A stretch of 63,991 nt of DNA, counting the filler, from Porpidia crustulata (Eukaryota): assembly GCA_964255105.1 (NCBI GenBank). It is 4 parts of 4 records of this genome, joined end to end, with 100 filler letters (N's around TTAATTAATTAA, not from the genome) between each part and the next. Parts side by side here need not be neighbours in the genome. Positions count along the whole stretch, not along the records: positions 33,102 to 49,539 come from CAXUWE010000258.1; positions 49,640 to 63,991 come from CAXUWE010000382.1; 2 more parts are not named here. The stretch is one strand, 5' to 3'. The notes beneath the pieces were generated by a model. The model saw only the letters and a program-made list of their open reading frames with translations. It was not told the DNA's origin and made no database searches. Both the position numbers and the translations under genes were made by a program. Positions 37,500 through 49,653 of the stretch are shown here, piece by piece; within the stretch, counting starts at the first letter, position 1, and each line of letters begins with the position of its first letter.

Positions 37500-38971
37500 T
37501 CAATCCTCGTCACTTGAATCGTCTTCCTCGTCTTCCTCTTCGACGACCTTTTTCGTTGGCTTCTTCTTTTTCTTCTTGTTCTTACTCTTTGCACTGGCGG
37601 GCTTCGCTAGGGGCTGCTCAAGAATCTTCAAGATCTCCTCATCTGTGATCTTCTTGTCGGTATGGCATCTGGCCACGTCCAGAACTGGAGGAGTACTCAA
37701 TCGTATTAGCCCGTTTTTGGTGATAGCTATTATGTGTTAGCTTATTACTCATTTCTGGGTGGCGTAGTGAAGCCACTTGCCGATGGTGGTTAATAGCCTG
37801 GCGACAGGGGCAGCGTCTTTATCTGCTACCACCTCGTACTGACGAAGCACATTTTGACGAACACATTCCACGACTCCAACTTTCGCAGCTTTTTCGTCCT
37901 CAAGCTGCCGTAAGCTGAAGGGAAAGGTTCCAAACTTCTTGACAACCTCAGAAAGCGTTTGACGGGAACTCGGTCTTTTAAGTTGATAGGTAGTGGTTGT
38001 TCTTCGATGCAAAGTTGGACGATTGCTCAAGGTCTTGATTTTGCCCGTCCCAGCACTTACACCCATCTCGACTCCCCAGACATCACCAATTTCGGGAAGG
38101 CCTTCCCCTTTACTATGATCAGACGGAGCCAAGACGATTTTCTTCTTGCCTTCAATCTCGTTCCTCTCAAATAGCCATGAAGTAGTTCCCTCTACAATAT
38201 TGCAATCGTAGCTTTTGACAACCTTCTCTAGTAGCTGAGTCATCTTTGACTGTGTCACTGGCTTCAGCGCTGCCGCCTTCTTTTGCTCTTCATCTGAGCC
38301 CGAAGCAAGCAGCCCAGGGGGTATCATTAGTCTCAACAAGAGCTCATTAGCATAATGGGTAGCAAGCAAGAGATCGGCTTCACGACCAGACGGCTTGACT
38401 TCCTTGCCCTTACCTGCAGGGACAAGGATAGTATCGCATACTATGGTGCCCAGACCATCGATTTGAGCCCCTAGCTGAATTTTGATCGCTTCATTTGCCT
38501 TGAGCACCGTCGCTGCATCTTCTGCATCTGTCGATAGTGGGGTATATGGAGTGACGAAAGCGCTAGGGGAGACCGTTGTTGGATGAGAGATGCCTGAGTG
38601 GGTTCTTGAGCCAGAATTCCCCACTCTTGAGTCAGTTCCGACTAACCCTTGGAGATCTTTTTGCCCTTGAATACTTTTGCCACTTCTTCCTCCAGTAACT
38701 TATCTCCACGCTCACATATTGACAATATTTTTTCGCCCTCGACACACCAACCTAGTCACGTGGTCAAATCCCATCGTGAAACTCGAGAACATGGACATGT
38801 TGTTACCAGTAACCGTCTCTAAGACTTTGTGCGTAATTTGGGCGGCATTCTTGTACTTCGTAAGGGTATCAGGGTTGCTAATTGTGTAATCTGCCGAGTC
38901 ATCAGCGTCCATGTGGATGGCATCAAAGGCCTCCATGATTCCTTACCGACGATTTCGGCTTCTCCTGACAT
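37500..38971 (-). CDS. Curved DNA-binding protein Cdb4 / Ebp1 (PA2G4), M24 peptidase-like fold (multi-exon)
   Basis: MSGEAEIV|DYTISNPDTLTKYKNAAQI, GISHPTTVSP, KIQLGAQIDG, YQLKRPSSRQTLSEVVKKFGTFPFSLRQL, Lys-rich tail. Confidence 0.9.
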
Positions 38972-39292
38972 GATTTGAGCGTCGACAGCTTGCAGCTATC
39001 GAGATTTACAGACAAACCGTGCGAGAAGTAGAGACTTGATTCGTTACCAGTATAAGAGAAGCCTTTGAGAGGAAAAAGAGGGGTGTTGTTGTTGTTGGTG
39101 GGGCAGTCCATTTCGCCTAGGGTTAAGCATTGCCCTGCGTCAACAACAGGAGGTACGAGGCGTAGTGTGGTAGTGCATCTTCCGCTCCGCAAAATCACTA
39201 GGTATGACCTTCAACTGTAGACGCGTGGAGCTTTAGATTGACATCATCTCCGGTGCTAATATTTGCAAGACAGGAGACGTGCTGTCAGTGAC

Positions 39293-40201
39293 ATGAAATC
39301 CTTAGCGCCCCTTCCACTCCGTTTATTAACTCACAACATCCGCTATGCTACCTCCTCTCCCTTCATGAGCGAGCAAGATTGGAAAGTACGCAGGTCTCGC
39401 ATAATCAGCGAGCTCCGCTTCAACACAGCCCATTGCTCTGAATCCTTCATCTGTCTTCAAGAAGCACTACATCACCAGTTGATTGATATCATGTCCGGTC
39501 TCAACAAACCAGGGGAGACGTGGGCTTTCATCGGTGTTGGCCGTGATGACGGGCGAGACGCTGGTGAATACTCACCAATTATTTACCGGTCTAATGTCTG
39601 GGTGCTGAAGGACTACAAGAACGTCTGGCTGTCGGAGACTCCTGATCGGCCTTCGAAAAGCTGGGATGCAGCTAGTGTCCGGATCCTAACAATTGGGGTG
39701 TTCCAGCATCACGATTGCAAGAAGACCATTGTAGCTATGAATACACACCTAGATGATCAGGGTGCATACTCGAGATGGCAAGCCGCGAAGATTATCCTCC
39801 AACAAGTTGCATTGTTCTCGGAGAACGAAAAGGGGCAGGAGACCTTGCCAGTCTTTCTGGCTGGTGATTTCAATAGCGAACCAGATGGCAAAGCTTACAT
39901 GCTTATCACTGGTGATGGTTCTCCCATGTGCGACATACAATCGCGGGTGCCCGAGGATCAAAGGTACGGTAATCTAAATACTTTCACAGGCTTTGAGAAT
40001 GATCAAGGCTTGCTTTCAAGGATTGATTTTTTGTTTGTCAATCTCACGGACATGGACAATTACGGGGAACATGGTGCTCCCCGGAGAACGCATGTAAATC
40101 GATGGCTTGTGGAACATTATGGAGTTTTGGAAAACCGATTTGAGGACGGAGTGTTTACGTCCGATCATAGAGCTGTAATTGGTGATGTACTATTACAATA
40201 A
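39293..40201 (+). CDS. Endonuclease/exonuclease/phosphatase (EEP) family hydrolase
   Basis: THNIRY, CLQE, GVGRDDG..GEYSPI, NTHLDD, LAGDFNSEP, RIDFLF, SDH motifs. Confidence 0.9.
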   Translation: MKSLAPLPLRLLTHNIRYATSSPFMSEQDWKVRRSRIISELRFNTAHCSESFICLQEALHHQLIDIMSGLNKPGETWAFIGVGRDDGRDAGEYSPIIYRSNVWVLKDYKNVWLSETPDRPSKSWDAASVRILTIGVFQHHDCKKTIVAMNTHLDDQGAYSRWQAAKIILQQVALFSENEKGQETLPVFLAGDFNSEPDGKAYMLITGDGSPMCDIQSRVPEDQRYGNLNTFTGFENDQGLLSRIDFLFVNLTDMDNYGEHGAPRRTHVNRWLVEHYGVLENRFEDGVFTSDHRAVIGDVLLQ

Positions 40202-41111
40202 TCTTCATATCGTTGAGCGATTTTCTCAATCATAGAAGTGTTCCTAGTGAAAATAAGACTATAACACAGTCCCTTTCCAGCATATTCCTCCCGCGTTCAG
40301 CCCAGAGTATGATGACCTCGGCGGCTCCGACAATTGTCCAGTAGCATTTACTCTACGAAGGCTCACGGTGTCTTGCTCGAACAATGACATACCGATGATC
40401 CACGATAATGAAAGCGACTGTCATGGCGAATCCAATGCGGCGGCTTTTGCAAATCTCTGGCGCCAGAAATTGAGCTCGCAGCTTTCTATATGATTGTCCG
40501 TATGACAAAATTGTGGGGCATTTCTAAATCATAGTACTCATGTGATATGATGCTTTAGGCCGAGCTTGTGCAGGTTACCAGGCGAGGACAGACACTACTG
40601 TCAAGCCAAGTAGCGCACGATGTCCTCTCATATCTACACAAGGATCATCTTAAGGATCTACCTACCTACCGAGTCCTAGCATAAGGTCAAGCGTTATTGT
40701 CGACATATACACCTTAAGTTTAATCAACCAGATATGGATAAGATGGATCATAGACGCACTGAAACGCCTGTGCATCCATCTCTCAAGTGTCCGGGTTCGC
40801 GGGCCATTGGACATGAACACCAGAGACGAGACTGGCTTGACCTATTTGAACGCAATGGAGCAAATTTGAAGTTAATGATTCTGACATCCGTTGAAGCGTA
40901 ATAATCTGGGGTTGCGTAGCTTCGACATGGAAGGATCCGCCAAGGCTGTCGATGCCGTTCTTAATATTGAACCGTGAGAAAAGTAAGGCCAAGAGTTCAA
41001 GCTGGGCTCAAGGCTCGTAACGTTCGTACCTTACACGGCTGTGCCATTGTTTGAAAATGGGGTATTTGTACTCGACATAGAGTTAGATCTACAAGCTACT
41101 GGCTACTCAAA

Positions 41112-42422
41112 TTAAGGATCAGAAATTGGCGTGATCTTCCTTCTCGCGGCTTCATGTCCACTCATCGAGTCGTCATCCTCGTCGATCTTCCTCTTCGTGC
41201 TGAAGCTACCGTTACGAAAGCTAGCATTCTGCCCGCTTGTTGCCGATGGGTTTATCTGGGCCCTGCGGAATTCAATTTCATGTCTTGCCTTTATTTCTTC
41301 TGCAGCATGCCTCTTTTTCCAAGACTCCCTAATTTTGGGTGCAACCCTAAGAAGATCTTCTTTAGAGACCTTGTCTTGGATACTCTCCATAACGCTGTCG
41401 ACCGTACTTATGTGATTCGCTTCTTTTTTGTCATCTCTGAAGCGTAAGAATCTCCATCTGTCAAGTTGGTCTAGGTAGCACTCTACTATCCGATCATCTA
41501 GGGGTTGATTTAGGGATTTCATATCTTCCCATTCATGCGTTTCCATAAACATGGTGCCGTAGTGGAGTTCTTCACCATTTCCCCTATTCACTCCTAGATG
41601 AACTATTGGCACGGCCGCATAATTGGGGTAGGGACTGGTGAACCCATCCTCCATATCTTCGCCATCTGGTTCCACCATAGGCCAGTCGAAATGCATCCTA
41701 AAATCGATGGAATTTTCATCCTCGGATTTCCATTTTAGAATATGTTGATCTGTTCCGAATTGATACGGCGTCTTCGTGCATGTGAATATCAAGCCATCGT
41801 TGCCATGAGGTAAATTAGGCAGAATATCTTGAAACATCCTCGGAATCGCATAGCTGAATTCCATCGACTTGAATTCTGTGATGAATGGTAACTCGTGAAT
41901 CTCTTGTGGGTATTTCCTGTACAATGTCTTATGTGGATCGTGTACTCTCTCTTTGAAATATGCGAGCCGCTTATCCAAGGTGCGATGCATTAAGCTATTG
42001 CCATCGAGCGTCAAGCAATCAAATACCAGATATCTAAGTTCTACAGTACCATTCGGAAGTGTGTCGTTAACTAGTTCCCCATCAACCAAGGTGGCTATGT
42101 GGAAATCGACTTCTGACTCCACAAGCGGGAAGTGTAGGCCTGAAACCCAATAATAGTCATTCTTCCGATCGATCAGATAGGTAACCTCTCTGTCGCCTTC
42201 GCGAGTCAGATACATAAGGCATCGTATACCATCTGATTTCTCGCAAACATAGTAGTCATCCTTTTGTAGCTCCAGCTTATGTCGAGCAGCAAAGCTGACT
42301 GGTTGAGCACCCGGGAAAGCTGAAGATTGACGGTTCAGCAGATCCGCTACTTCGCGTTGAAAGCTGAGTAGAAGGTCTCCCTGGGCTTTGATACCCGGTA
42401 TCACGGGCACGGATCCCCCCAT
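41112..42422 (-). CDS. CEG1: mRNA capping enzyme alpha subunit (guanylyltransferase)
   Basis: FPGAQPVSF, motif I CEKSDGIR, TLVDGEL, YLVFD, HGNDGLIF, ILKWK, RFRDDKKEANH. Confidence 0.96.
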   Translation of the reverse strand: MGGSVPVIPGIKAQGDLLLSFQREVADLLNRQSSAFPGAQPVSFAARHKLELQKDDYYVCEKSDGIRCLMYLTREGDREVTYLIDRKNDYYWVSGLHFPLVESEVDFHIATLVDGELVNDTLPNGTVELRYLVFDCLTLDGNSLMHRTLDKRLAYFKERVHDPHKTLYRKYPQEIHELPFITEFKSMEFSYAIPRMFQDILPNLPHGNDGLIFTCTKTPYQFGTDQHILKWKSEDENSIDFRMHFDWPMVEPDGEDMEDGFTSPYPNYAAVPIVHLGVNRGNGEELHYGTMFMETHEWEDMKSLNQPLDDRIVECYLDQLDRWRFLRFRDDKKEANHISTVDSVMESIQDKVSKEDLLRVAPKIRESWKKRHAAEEIKARHEIEFRRAQINPSATSGQNASFRNGSFSTKRKIDEDDDSMSGHEAARRKITPISDP

Positions 42423-43205
42423 CCTGTCTATCAAGCAGGAGACTCAAAGGATAGAAATATGATTTTAATCACGGCAATTGTTTGTAGGTACCGTGATGGT
42501 ACAGGGATGACAATTCATTCTTATAGAACAACCGACGGATGGGTACTCAAGATTGAATTGCAGCATACGACGCCACTGATGCCCACTTCGAACATGCAAA
42601 TGATATGAATCATGATTGTCCTTGTGTATGTTTTGAATGCGAGCGGCTTTCGAACCCTTTGTTTGACGTGATGTGACCAAGTGGAAGCTACAGGTACCTA
42701 CGTGCTGGTTGGTCGGATAAACTTACACCCATGATCCGCAGCTAGTAGACTGACAGACTCACTTTTGGATTAGCGGTAAATAAGCGGAACCCGGCAAAAG
42801 TTGCAAGGCAAAGTACGTTGGCAATGCTTGCGACATGCCGAGGCCAATAATCATCCCAAAATTGACATCAAACGCGATCACCGCGCTTTGAATCCATAGT
42901 CTGGTATGTGTAATTCCTTCTCACCATCCTGCATTAAGTCTCGCGATGGTAGTGCGACTGGTCCCTTGTCTATCGGTCTACTACCTAGCAACCCCGAATG
43001 CGTACATCTTCTTGCTCTGGGACAGTAACTATTTCCATCGCGTGCATGCACATATCCTCAATCGCCATGGATGGAGACATCCTCTACTTGGAGATGTACC
43101 ATAGCTAACACAATTACTGGTCTAGGCATGTGTCCGCTTGATCATTTCAATGGTTGAACGTTATCGGCGCAGGAAGTCCGCGGCTACGTCCTCCTAACCT
43201 TGAGG

Positions 43206-45807
43206 ATGCCTTCTCCCGGTTCTAATCAAGTCAAAAACCATACTTCTTTACAACCAGAGTACTCTCATCAAGCCGCGCCTCCAATCAGATCTACTGAGAT
43301 ACAGGGGAGCAAGACCGGCAACGGGGAGCTTCAGAATGGAAATACGATGGAAACTCGACATACGGACCCTATCCAGGAAGGGAAGCAGAAGGCCAAGGCC
43401 GTGATGGCTGCTTCTGGCTTGCCGCTGGTTCCTGTGGCAGCTAAAGGAGATTCAAATGGAAGGAATGGGTCGGTTTCGACAGAAAAGGTGTTGCCCAATG
43501 GCGCCATTCAGAGCAGGAAGCGCTCAAGATCGGGAACGCGGATAGCTCGCACATCAGAAGCTCGAAACTTACACCGAAGAACAAAGGAAGTTGCTGAAAA
43601 AGTGCTCATGGAACAATATGTGAATCGCGACATGATGCATGCTGCGGCCAGAAAGTACGATGATATGGAGCATATGGACATGCAGGGTGGTAAACGTAAG
43701 GAGAAAGAAAAGTACCAAAGTGAAGAGTTCCAGCGAATGCTTCAAGCGGGATTTGTGTTCGGGCCTGGCTACGCAGGCTGGGGAAATAGCATTACCAAAA
43801 CTTCAAGTGGACGGTCGATGGTTATTTATCCACATCAGAGGAGGCGACCCGGAGGAAGAAGTGTAAGAGAATTGCGTATTCCAAAAAAAGAGCTTTCGAC
43901 CCAGGCAGAACAACTTGACGAACTTGTGCCCATACGGTTGGATATTGAGTGGGAGAAGATAAGATTACGCGATACCTTCACCTGGAATCTGCATGATCGT
44001 GTGGTGAACCCTGACCTCTTCGCCGACCAACTGATCGAGGATTTCAAGTTACCAATCGAGCAGTGTAAACCACTTGTCCATCTGGTACGTACAAGCATCA
44101 AGGAACAAATTCAGGACTACCATCCCCACATCTTTATTGACGAGGAAGCCCTGGACCCCCATCTGCCATATAATGCTTATAAAGACGATGAAATGCGAAT
44201 TACAATCAAACTTAATGTCACCATTGGTCAGTATACACTTGTGGATCAATTCGAATGGGAGATCAACAATCCATCAAATTCAGCAGAGGATTTTGCAAGA
44301 CAGATGACTCGAGATCTATCATTACCCGGGGAGTTCACCACCGCCATTGCGCATTCGATACGAGAACAAAGTCAGCTTTTCACGCGCAGTCTCTACGTAA
44401 CAGGTCACCCCTTTGATGGCCGGCCAGTGGAAGAACAGGAGCTCAAATCTAGTTTCCTGCCATCGCCACTACTATCATCCTTCCGCCCTTACCAGGCAGC
44501 AAAGGAATTTACGCCTTATTTGTATGAGCTCAACGAAATCGAGCTCGAGAAAACCGAATTGTCGCTATCGAGAGAAGAGCGTCGTCAAAAGCGTTCCGTC
44601 AACCGCCGTGGTGGGCCTACTCTTCCGGATCTCAAGGATCGTCGCCGAACAATACGTACGTTAGTATTATCCTCTGTACTCCCGGGTGCTGTAACAACCA
44701 TCGAAGACAGTCGGATTATGAAGCGTACGGCCACTGCCTCTGGTAGAGGGAAAAGGGCAGGACAAGTTCATAAGGATGGTATCGACGATTCCGACGAGTC
44801 GGAGAGTGAGGAGTCTGACGTGGACTCGGCTACCATCCCAGCCCACTTGCTTGCAGGTACTGCACGAACACGAGGCATGAGAGGTGCGGCTAGTGTGGCA
44901 CAGGCTGTCCTGCGGGGAAATCTTGGGCGCTCTGCAACCCCCGAAGCATCCACTCTTCATCACCACGAGACGAGAACGTCCGGTCGAAGATTCGGTGGCA
45001 AGGACTATCGCGAAGAGAGTGTAGACGATTCGCCCACATATATCATCAAACTTCGCCTACCTTCACAACGATACAAACAACTTCTGCGCGACCTTAAGAA
45101 CAAAGGCAGACCTGAACCTATCCAATCTGCAAACTCGTCATCTCATCTCTACTCACGTCGCTCTCAAAGTTCGGACCAAGGTCAAGGTACTCCGGCAGCG
45201 GGCTCCATGGGTCCACCTCCAACGACACCAGGTTCGCAGCCGCAGCCATCGCCGCGAAGCAACGATCGCGCTACCACGGGAGCCTCAGGAACCCCCTCAG
45301 TACCGATACAGTCAATTCATCCCCATGCCGCGCAAATTGGTAGGGTGGATGCTGTAGGCCCACCAAGTGTTGATAACCCCATTGTAAGCCACTCACTCTA
45401 CCTCCCATGGTTGCGAAATCGAACCTCCAATTCTGCACCCCCAGTCCCCAAATCTACGTCGCGTTTTTCAGACTGACCTTTCGCTGCAGCCGCAACCTCC
45501 GCAATGGCTTATACACGCTCTCAATCGCCTTCAGCAAAATTACCCGTCAGACGCATTTGAAGGTACAATGCGCTACACCGCGGTCAGCACCGTCACCGAT
45601 CTCCCCATCCCCGTACGTTCGGACGCGCCCACCCCGGACAACGTGAAATTCATGTATTACCCGCGCATCAAGTGTAAGGACTGCCCTGGGAAACTATATA
45701 CGCCGGGTCCGGAGATGGGAGTGAACAACTTCGAAGTACATTTGAAAAATCGACTGCATCGGGAGAAGGTAGAGACAAGGGTTAAAGCAGCAGGGAACGG
45801 TGTATGA
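43206..45807 (+). CDS. SNF5: SWI/SNF complex subunit Snf5 (exons 43206-45383, 45490-45807)
   Basis: LVPIRLDIEW..LRDTFTWN, LVDQFEWEIN..AEDFA..LSLPGEFTTAIAHSIREQ repeats. C-terminal CKDCPGKLY..FEVHL..H finger. Confidence 0.93.
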
Positions 45808-46607
45808 TAACGCGAGTTGGCTGGAGATGTCTCGGTGGGTAAAGGGGTGCACATGGAGTTTTTCCTGATGATAACGGCGCTTGGGGATTGGAGGGTCGGT
45901 GTTCAAGTCTTGGATGAGGTAGCTTTTTGTAGATTGGCTATGAGCGCAATTACATATTTCGCTTTCACGCAAGGGGAGTGCCCTTTACCAAACAGACACG
46001 GCAATTATTCTGATGATACGGCTGCGACCGCTGGCCGAGGGTTTGTCCCGGGAGAACAGCGATTAGTCCCCAGATCTAAGAAGTGCCGCCTGTTGGAACA
46101 GAGTTGTTGCGAGACTCACCCAAAACAGGTGAAACTGAAGTTAGATAGTCCTGGTGGCGGGAGACCGGGACAGCCCCTCATCGCATGACCGCTGTCCTCA
46201 CCTCCTAGACACATATCCTCATCCCCTTTACAGTCCACGAATCCTTTTTCAGTCGCATCTTGGACGCTGGTTGTCGCCTTACTTAGTCGGATTGTTACGT
46301 GGAGAATGGCTTTCGAAAAGGTTGGACGCTGGCCTCAGGCACGTAAGGAGCGAATTTGTGTCATGTCCGAATGGCTGCTTCAGACGGATTTGTCCTTTCC
46401 GTACAGACTTTATCTCCAATATGATCAAAAGAGCATTGGTTCCACTCGATGAGAGCTAGGATCTAGCAAGCTGAGCATGCCTTCACGCACCATTCTGATG
46501 ATTCGTTTGTTCACAGATGGGTTCACTTAGTCGTTGTACATGTTTACCCTGGTGTTTCATTACCGCCGTCTTCCGTCGGTCAAAGTCCTCGAGCGTGCTT
46601 TCTAGCC

Positions 46608-48896
46608 ATGCAAAATGTCACCTTGACGAATCGATATTTTCCACAGCCAGACGGCACATGGAACTATGCCATTTGGGACAAAGATCTCTGTGCCAAGTGC
46701 AATGAGATTGACTGGCAGGAGCTCTTTGGTGGATCCTGGCATGCCATTGATGTCTCTGGTTGGGGTCATGGTGCGATTTCTCCCAGATCTTTTGCTCATA
46801 TCAGAGATCACCAGAAGTGCGCCTTCTGCAGACTTACCTATCATGCCATGGTGAACGCTCAGACGTGGCACGACGTTGACGATCGCGCCGTGTGGCTTGA
46901 TCACAATGTTTACGCTTGGGTTTTCGATGGCCCGCCCCCAGCGTCCCCAGATAGATGGCGCGCTCGGGTGGAGAAGAGGATTTGGCTTCGTGTGCAACGT
47001 GGCACTCAGGGCATCGAGGTTACCGAGAAGTGGCCTACTTTTGATGAGAAGAAGGAAGTGATGATGACTCATGCCGCTTGCATTCAGCTGCTTGCTCCAG
47101 ATCCTGAATGTACCACCAGGGACAGTGATCTTGCTCATCTCATGAAATTGCATTCATCTGATAGTGAGAAAAATCTTTTCAACGATCCTAACCGTTATAA
47201 TACTGAAGAATTGAAGATCCTCGATCATGTATATGCTTCTGCATGTCAAGGGCGGCGGATGCCAGAAGAGCAAATAGACTATGATATGCTCAAACACTGG
47301 ATCTGGACATGTAGTATGTTCCATGAGCAGCAGTGCTCACCTTCAACATCGCTCCGCTCGGGTTATAAGACTTATCCTTCGAGGGTGATCGATGTTCGTC
47401 GGGGCTGCATTATCTTCACTCCCCCGAAAGCTGCGTATGTTTGCCTAAGCTACGTGTGGGGTTCCAAACCGCAGCTGAAACTCATCGACGAGACTATTGA
47501 ATCACTAACCCAGGAAGGTGGACTTTTCGACGAGGATATTGGTTTAGCCAAAACCATCCAGGACGCCATCTTTGTATGCGGTAAGCTTGAGCAAGATTAC
47601 CTTTGGGTTGACAGTATTTGTATCAAGCAGGATGACGCGAGCATCCGGCAGCCTGAGATTGAGAACATGGACCTAATCTATGGGGGGGCATCGTTGACGA
47701 TCATCGCTGCCTCTGGTCAGAACGCAGATGCTGGCTTGCCCTGCGCACGCCAGAATTCAAGAAAGGCCGCCCAACACATAGAAACCATTCGTGGTCGTCA
47801 GCTTATAGCTTCAACGCCCTCTCCAACTTATGATGCCAACATCTCGCTCTGGGAACGACGAGCATGGACCTTGCAGGAACGTGGGCTCTCGGGCCGTCGC
47901 CTGATTTTTACGGAGTCGCAGGTTTATTTACAGTGTAGAGCATCCTATTTCTATGAAGATGCAGTGTGCGAGATACCGGGCAAGATATCACTCACAACCT
48001 TTCCGAAAACAGCTTCCGCTTGGAAGGGAGCAATCCAACATGACTTCGATCGGAGTGATGGCTTTCCCCCGTACAAAGATATAGTCCGCAACATTACTAA
48101 GCGGATGCTCAGCTACGATAGCGATTCGCTGAACGCAGGTATTGGAATACTCAGGGTCGATCAGGAACGCCGGGCGGCGGACGGAGAGAATCCCAACCTT
48201 ACTTTTGGACTACCAATAGCAACTTTCTCCGAAGCATTATGCTGGATGTCAATGACTGGCTCGCCGGGTCGCCGACGAAGTGAGTTCCCCAGCTGGAGTT
48301 GGGCTGGTTGGGATACGGCTGCTTCATATGACATGCTGCAGTTCAGCATCATACACGACAATGGACATTACATGGCTAATGAGCATGACGAAGCCACAAT
48401 GGCCGCGGCTGCCTTTGAGCCCCGCGCTGCAGGAAAGAGTGAACTCGACAGCCCGACCCTTAAATGGTGGACCACCTCAGCGGTACTACGTGTGGATCGC
48501 GTCTCCCAAGATCCGGACTATCCGGATAAGTATGCCATGTGGTCCCTTTACAATCCTGGCCTTTGCCTAGGCCATATTCTGTTGGCCAAGGACGCGCGAG
48601 CTTCCCGACCGGATGAAATGGAGTTTATCGTGATCGCTATCGAATATCATGAGAACGGATGGCAGACCCACAACAGCGATGATCGATCCAAATGGACGCG
48701 TCCAGAACAATACTCGTATGGAGTCAAGTTGCTGTGTATCGAATGGATCGGGGATGTTGCTTATAGAGTGCAGATGTCATATCGTTCTCAAGTCGCACTC
48801 GCTAGTATTGAAGCGACAAAACCTTCGGAAGGGGCGCAAAGTATTGCGAATTGGAAAGCAGCCAGACCGGTCAAAAAATTTATTGTTCTTGGATAG
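46608..48896 (+). CDS. Heterokaryon incompatibility (HET) domain protein, TOL-like, intronless
   Basis: RVIDV, YVCLSYVWG, TIQDAI, YLWVDSICIKQDD, MDLIYGGASLTIIAA, WERRAWTLQER, FPSWSWAGW. N-terminal CAKC/CAFC. Confidence 0.93.
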   Translation: MQNVTLTNRYFPQPDGTWNYAIWDKDLCAKCNEIDWQELFGGSWHAIDVSGWGHGAISPRSFAHIRDHQKCAFCRLTYHAMVNAQTWHDVDDRAVWLDHNVYAWVFDGPPPASPDRWRARVEKRIWLRVQRGTQGIEVTEKWPTFDEKKEVMMTHAACIQLLAPDPECTTRDSDLAHLMKLHSSDSEKNLFNDPNRYNTEELKILDHVYASACQGRRMPEEQIDYDMLKHWIWTCSMFHEQQCSPSTSLRSGYKTYPSRVIDVRRGCIIFTPPKAAYVCLSYVWGSKPQLKLIDETIESLTQEGGLFDEDIGLAKTIQDAIFVCGKLEQDYLWVDSICIKQDDASIRQPEIENMDLIYGGASLTIIAASGQNADAGLPCARQNSRKAAQHIETIRGRQLIASTPSPTYDANISLWERRAWTLQERGLSGRRLIFTESQVYLQCRASYFYEDAVCEIPGKISLTTFPKTASAWKGAIQHDFDRSDGFPPYKDIVRNITKRMLSYDSDSLNAGIGILRVDQERRAADGENPNLTFGLPIATFSEALCWMSMTGSPGRRRSEFPSWSWAGWDTAASYDMLQFSIIHDNGHYMANEHDEATMAAAAFEPRAAGKSELDSPTLKWWTTSAVLRVDRVSQDPDYPDKYAMWSLYNPGLCLGHILLAKDARASRPDEMEFIVIAIEYHENGWQTHNSDDRSKWTRPEQYSYGVKLLCIEWIGDVAYRVQMSYRSQVALASIEATKPSEGAQSIANWKAARPVKKFIVLG

Positions 48897-49539
48897 AACA
48901 TGGACTCCGATCAAGAGATGTACGAATCAAGGCTGATCTTTGGCTCCGATATCGGTCGGCTTTGGCAGTCCAGGGCTTGTCTCGCTTCCTCCAGTCTGCC
49001 ATGGATAGGACTTGCTCGTAAATTTACCAGGAAGTGATCTCTGCCTCGGGAAATCATGATCTTGTGTTTTAGACCAAAATTTGGAATGGGTGCTGAGTGA
49101 CGATTAACGACTCGGCAACACAGTGCTACGAAGTGACGAGCGAGACAGTTGGATATTGAAGATGGCAAGATGGTGTATATCATCTCGCCCACTATCCTAT
49201 CCCCACTCAGCGACAGTTGTACTAGTATAACCGGACCAACGTCAGAATTGGAGATGTGAGGAGACGGTTGGTATAGATAGATAAGATTAGATAAGATATC
49301 GTCATGGAGAGTGTGGGGCTGTGATTAGCGCGGTTTTTATCCATGTTCTGAATCGATGACGCTACTCAGGGTCCCATTGAACGCGTTGAAATGGTGGCGA
49401 GCGCCATACAGAATCCTCAACATCCATTCCCCTCAATTAATTATTCACAACCTCTTAAGTAAAATATTAGTTATCTAAAACTATCTTCAAACTCAAGTAC
49501 CATGGACAACCCACCGCCGTACTCAGAAGCCACCAACTC

Positions 49540-49639
49540 NNNNNNNNNNNNNNNNNNNNNNNNNNNNNNNNNNNNNNNNNNNNTTAATTAATTAANNNNN
49601 NNNNNNNNNNNNNNNNNNNNNNNNNNNNNNNNNNNNNNN
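49540..49639. other. Artificial contig linker
   Basis: N44-TTAATTAATTAA-N44. Confidence 0.98.
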
Positions 49640-49653
49640 CTCCCTATCCTCTC

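Noticed and set aside
38712..38936. ORF-track start MEAFDAIHM for the Cdb4-like gene
   Set aside because: It lies within intron 38946-38891. The better start is ATG 38971.
49502..49539. ATG-initiated MDNPPPYSEATN (PPxY motif) at contig end
   Set aside because: Only 12 codons before the linker, too short to call.
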